This document shows, piece after piece, positions 44,620 through 45,026 of a stretch of DNA of 45,026 nucleotides. The notes below the pieces were generated by a model. It searched no databases and was not told the DNA's origin. It worked only from the letters and a program-made list of their open reading frames with translations. Position numbers and translations under genes: made by a program. The DNA lies in NCBI RefSeq assembly GCF_001194135.2, contig NC_068986.1:107943582-107988607 (forward strand), in the 5' to 3' direction. This DNA is from Octopus bimaculoides (lineage: Eukaryota). Numbering within the stretch: position 1 is the first letter of the stretch; every line of letters begins with the position of its first letter.

Positions 44620-44838
44620 GTGAGTAGAGTTGATGGCCATTTTTGTACACCTAATGAATGAATGAAACCCATCGCGTGCACACGCGCGTGTGTGTGTATA
44701 AGCCATCATCGTTGGCTTAGCTGGCTGAAACTTCAAAGTTGCTGTCAGTATTCTTGTTTAAGATATATATATATATATATATATATAAGCAATGTTAATT
44801 CTCTAAATGAAGTATTAACAGTAACTGCACGATAAAGT

Positions 44839-45026
44839 GTAGTATATTGCCACTTAAGTGAGGCTGACTCCTAGGGGTGGATGTTACTGTTGCTTTTAGC
44901 CCCAGGAGGACATCTCCTCCAGCTGGCTTATCGACACACGACTGTGTCCTGTTTGCCAAGGGAAGTTATCCCTCTCACCTCGATCTGCAGCACGAACGTA
45001 TCCGGATTTCAGGGTTATTTCCCTTC
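44839..45026 (-). mobile_element. Family P element (second subfamily), truncated by the window end
   Basis: TTTAGCCCCAGGAGGACATCTCCTCCAGCTGGCT..CTGTGTCCT aligns with the reverse complement of 15230-15290. Confidence 0.8.
44994..45026 (-). ncRNA. Minimal hammerhead motif, 5' end outside the window
   Basis: [..]GA-AGGG-AAATAA-CCCT-GAAA-TCCGGA-TA-CGTTC. Perfect 4-bp stem II, perfect ATCCGGAT palindrome, AUA triplet. Confidence 0.7.

Overview
AT-rich, repeat-dense animal genomic DNA with nine N-gaps, most likely an octopus (inferred from single-exon C2H2 zinc-finger genes, tRNA-SINE families and (GAT)n-tailed RTE LINEs; not proven). Four protein genes are supported: a 10-finger C2H2 ZNF (4313-5200 +), a 13-finger C2H2 ZNF (16280-17386 -), an intronless SAC3D1 (21336-22394 +), and six frame-consistent coding exons of a C19orf47 orthologue (30072-44619 +, probably continuing past the window). 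The second ZNF and SAC3D1 appear to share an ETS/CRE-type bidirectional promoter. Most other sequence is transposon-derived: four SINE families (many with clean TSDs), RTE and CR1 LINE remnants, mariner, hAT-Charlie, piggyBac-like and Tigger-like elements, plus a 23-bp satellite. Almost all other ORFs in the supplied track are artefacts of gaps or repeats. The most notable signal is five minimal hammerhead-ribozyme motifs in three unrelated short non-coding element families. Most have a palindromic stem III, the dimer-type architecture known from Penelope-like elements. Two host copies carry an inverted copy of their own 3' end at the 5' end, and one family is fused to a tRNA-derived Pol III head. 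All structures were folded by eye; no activity is shown.
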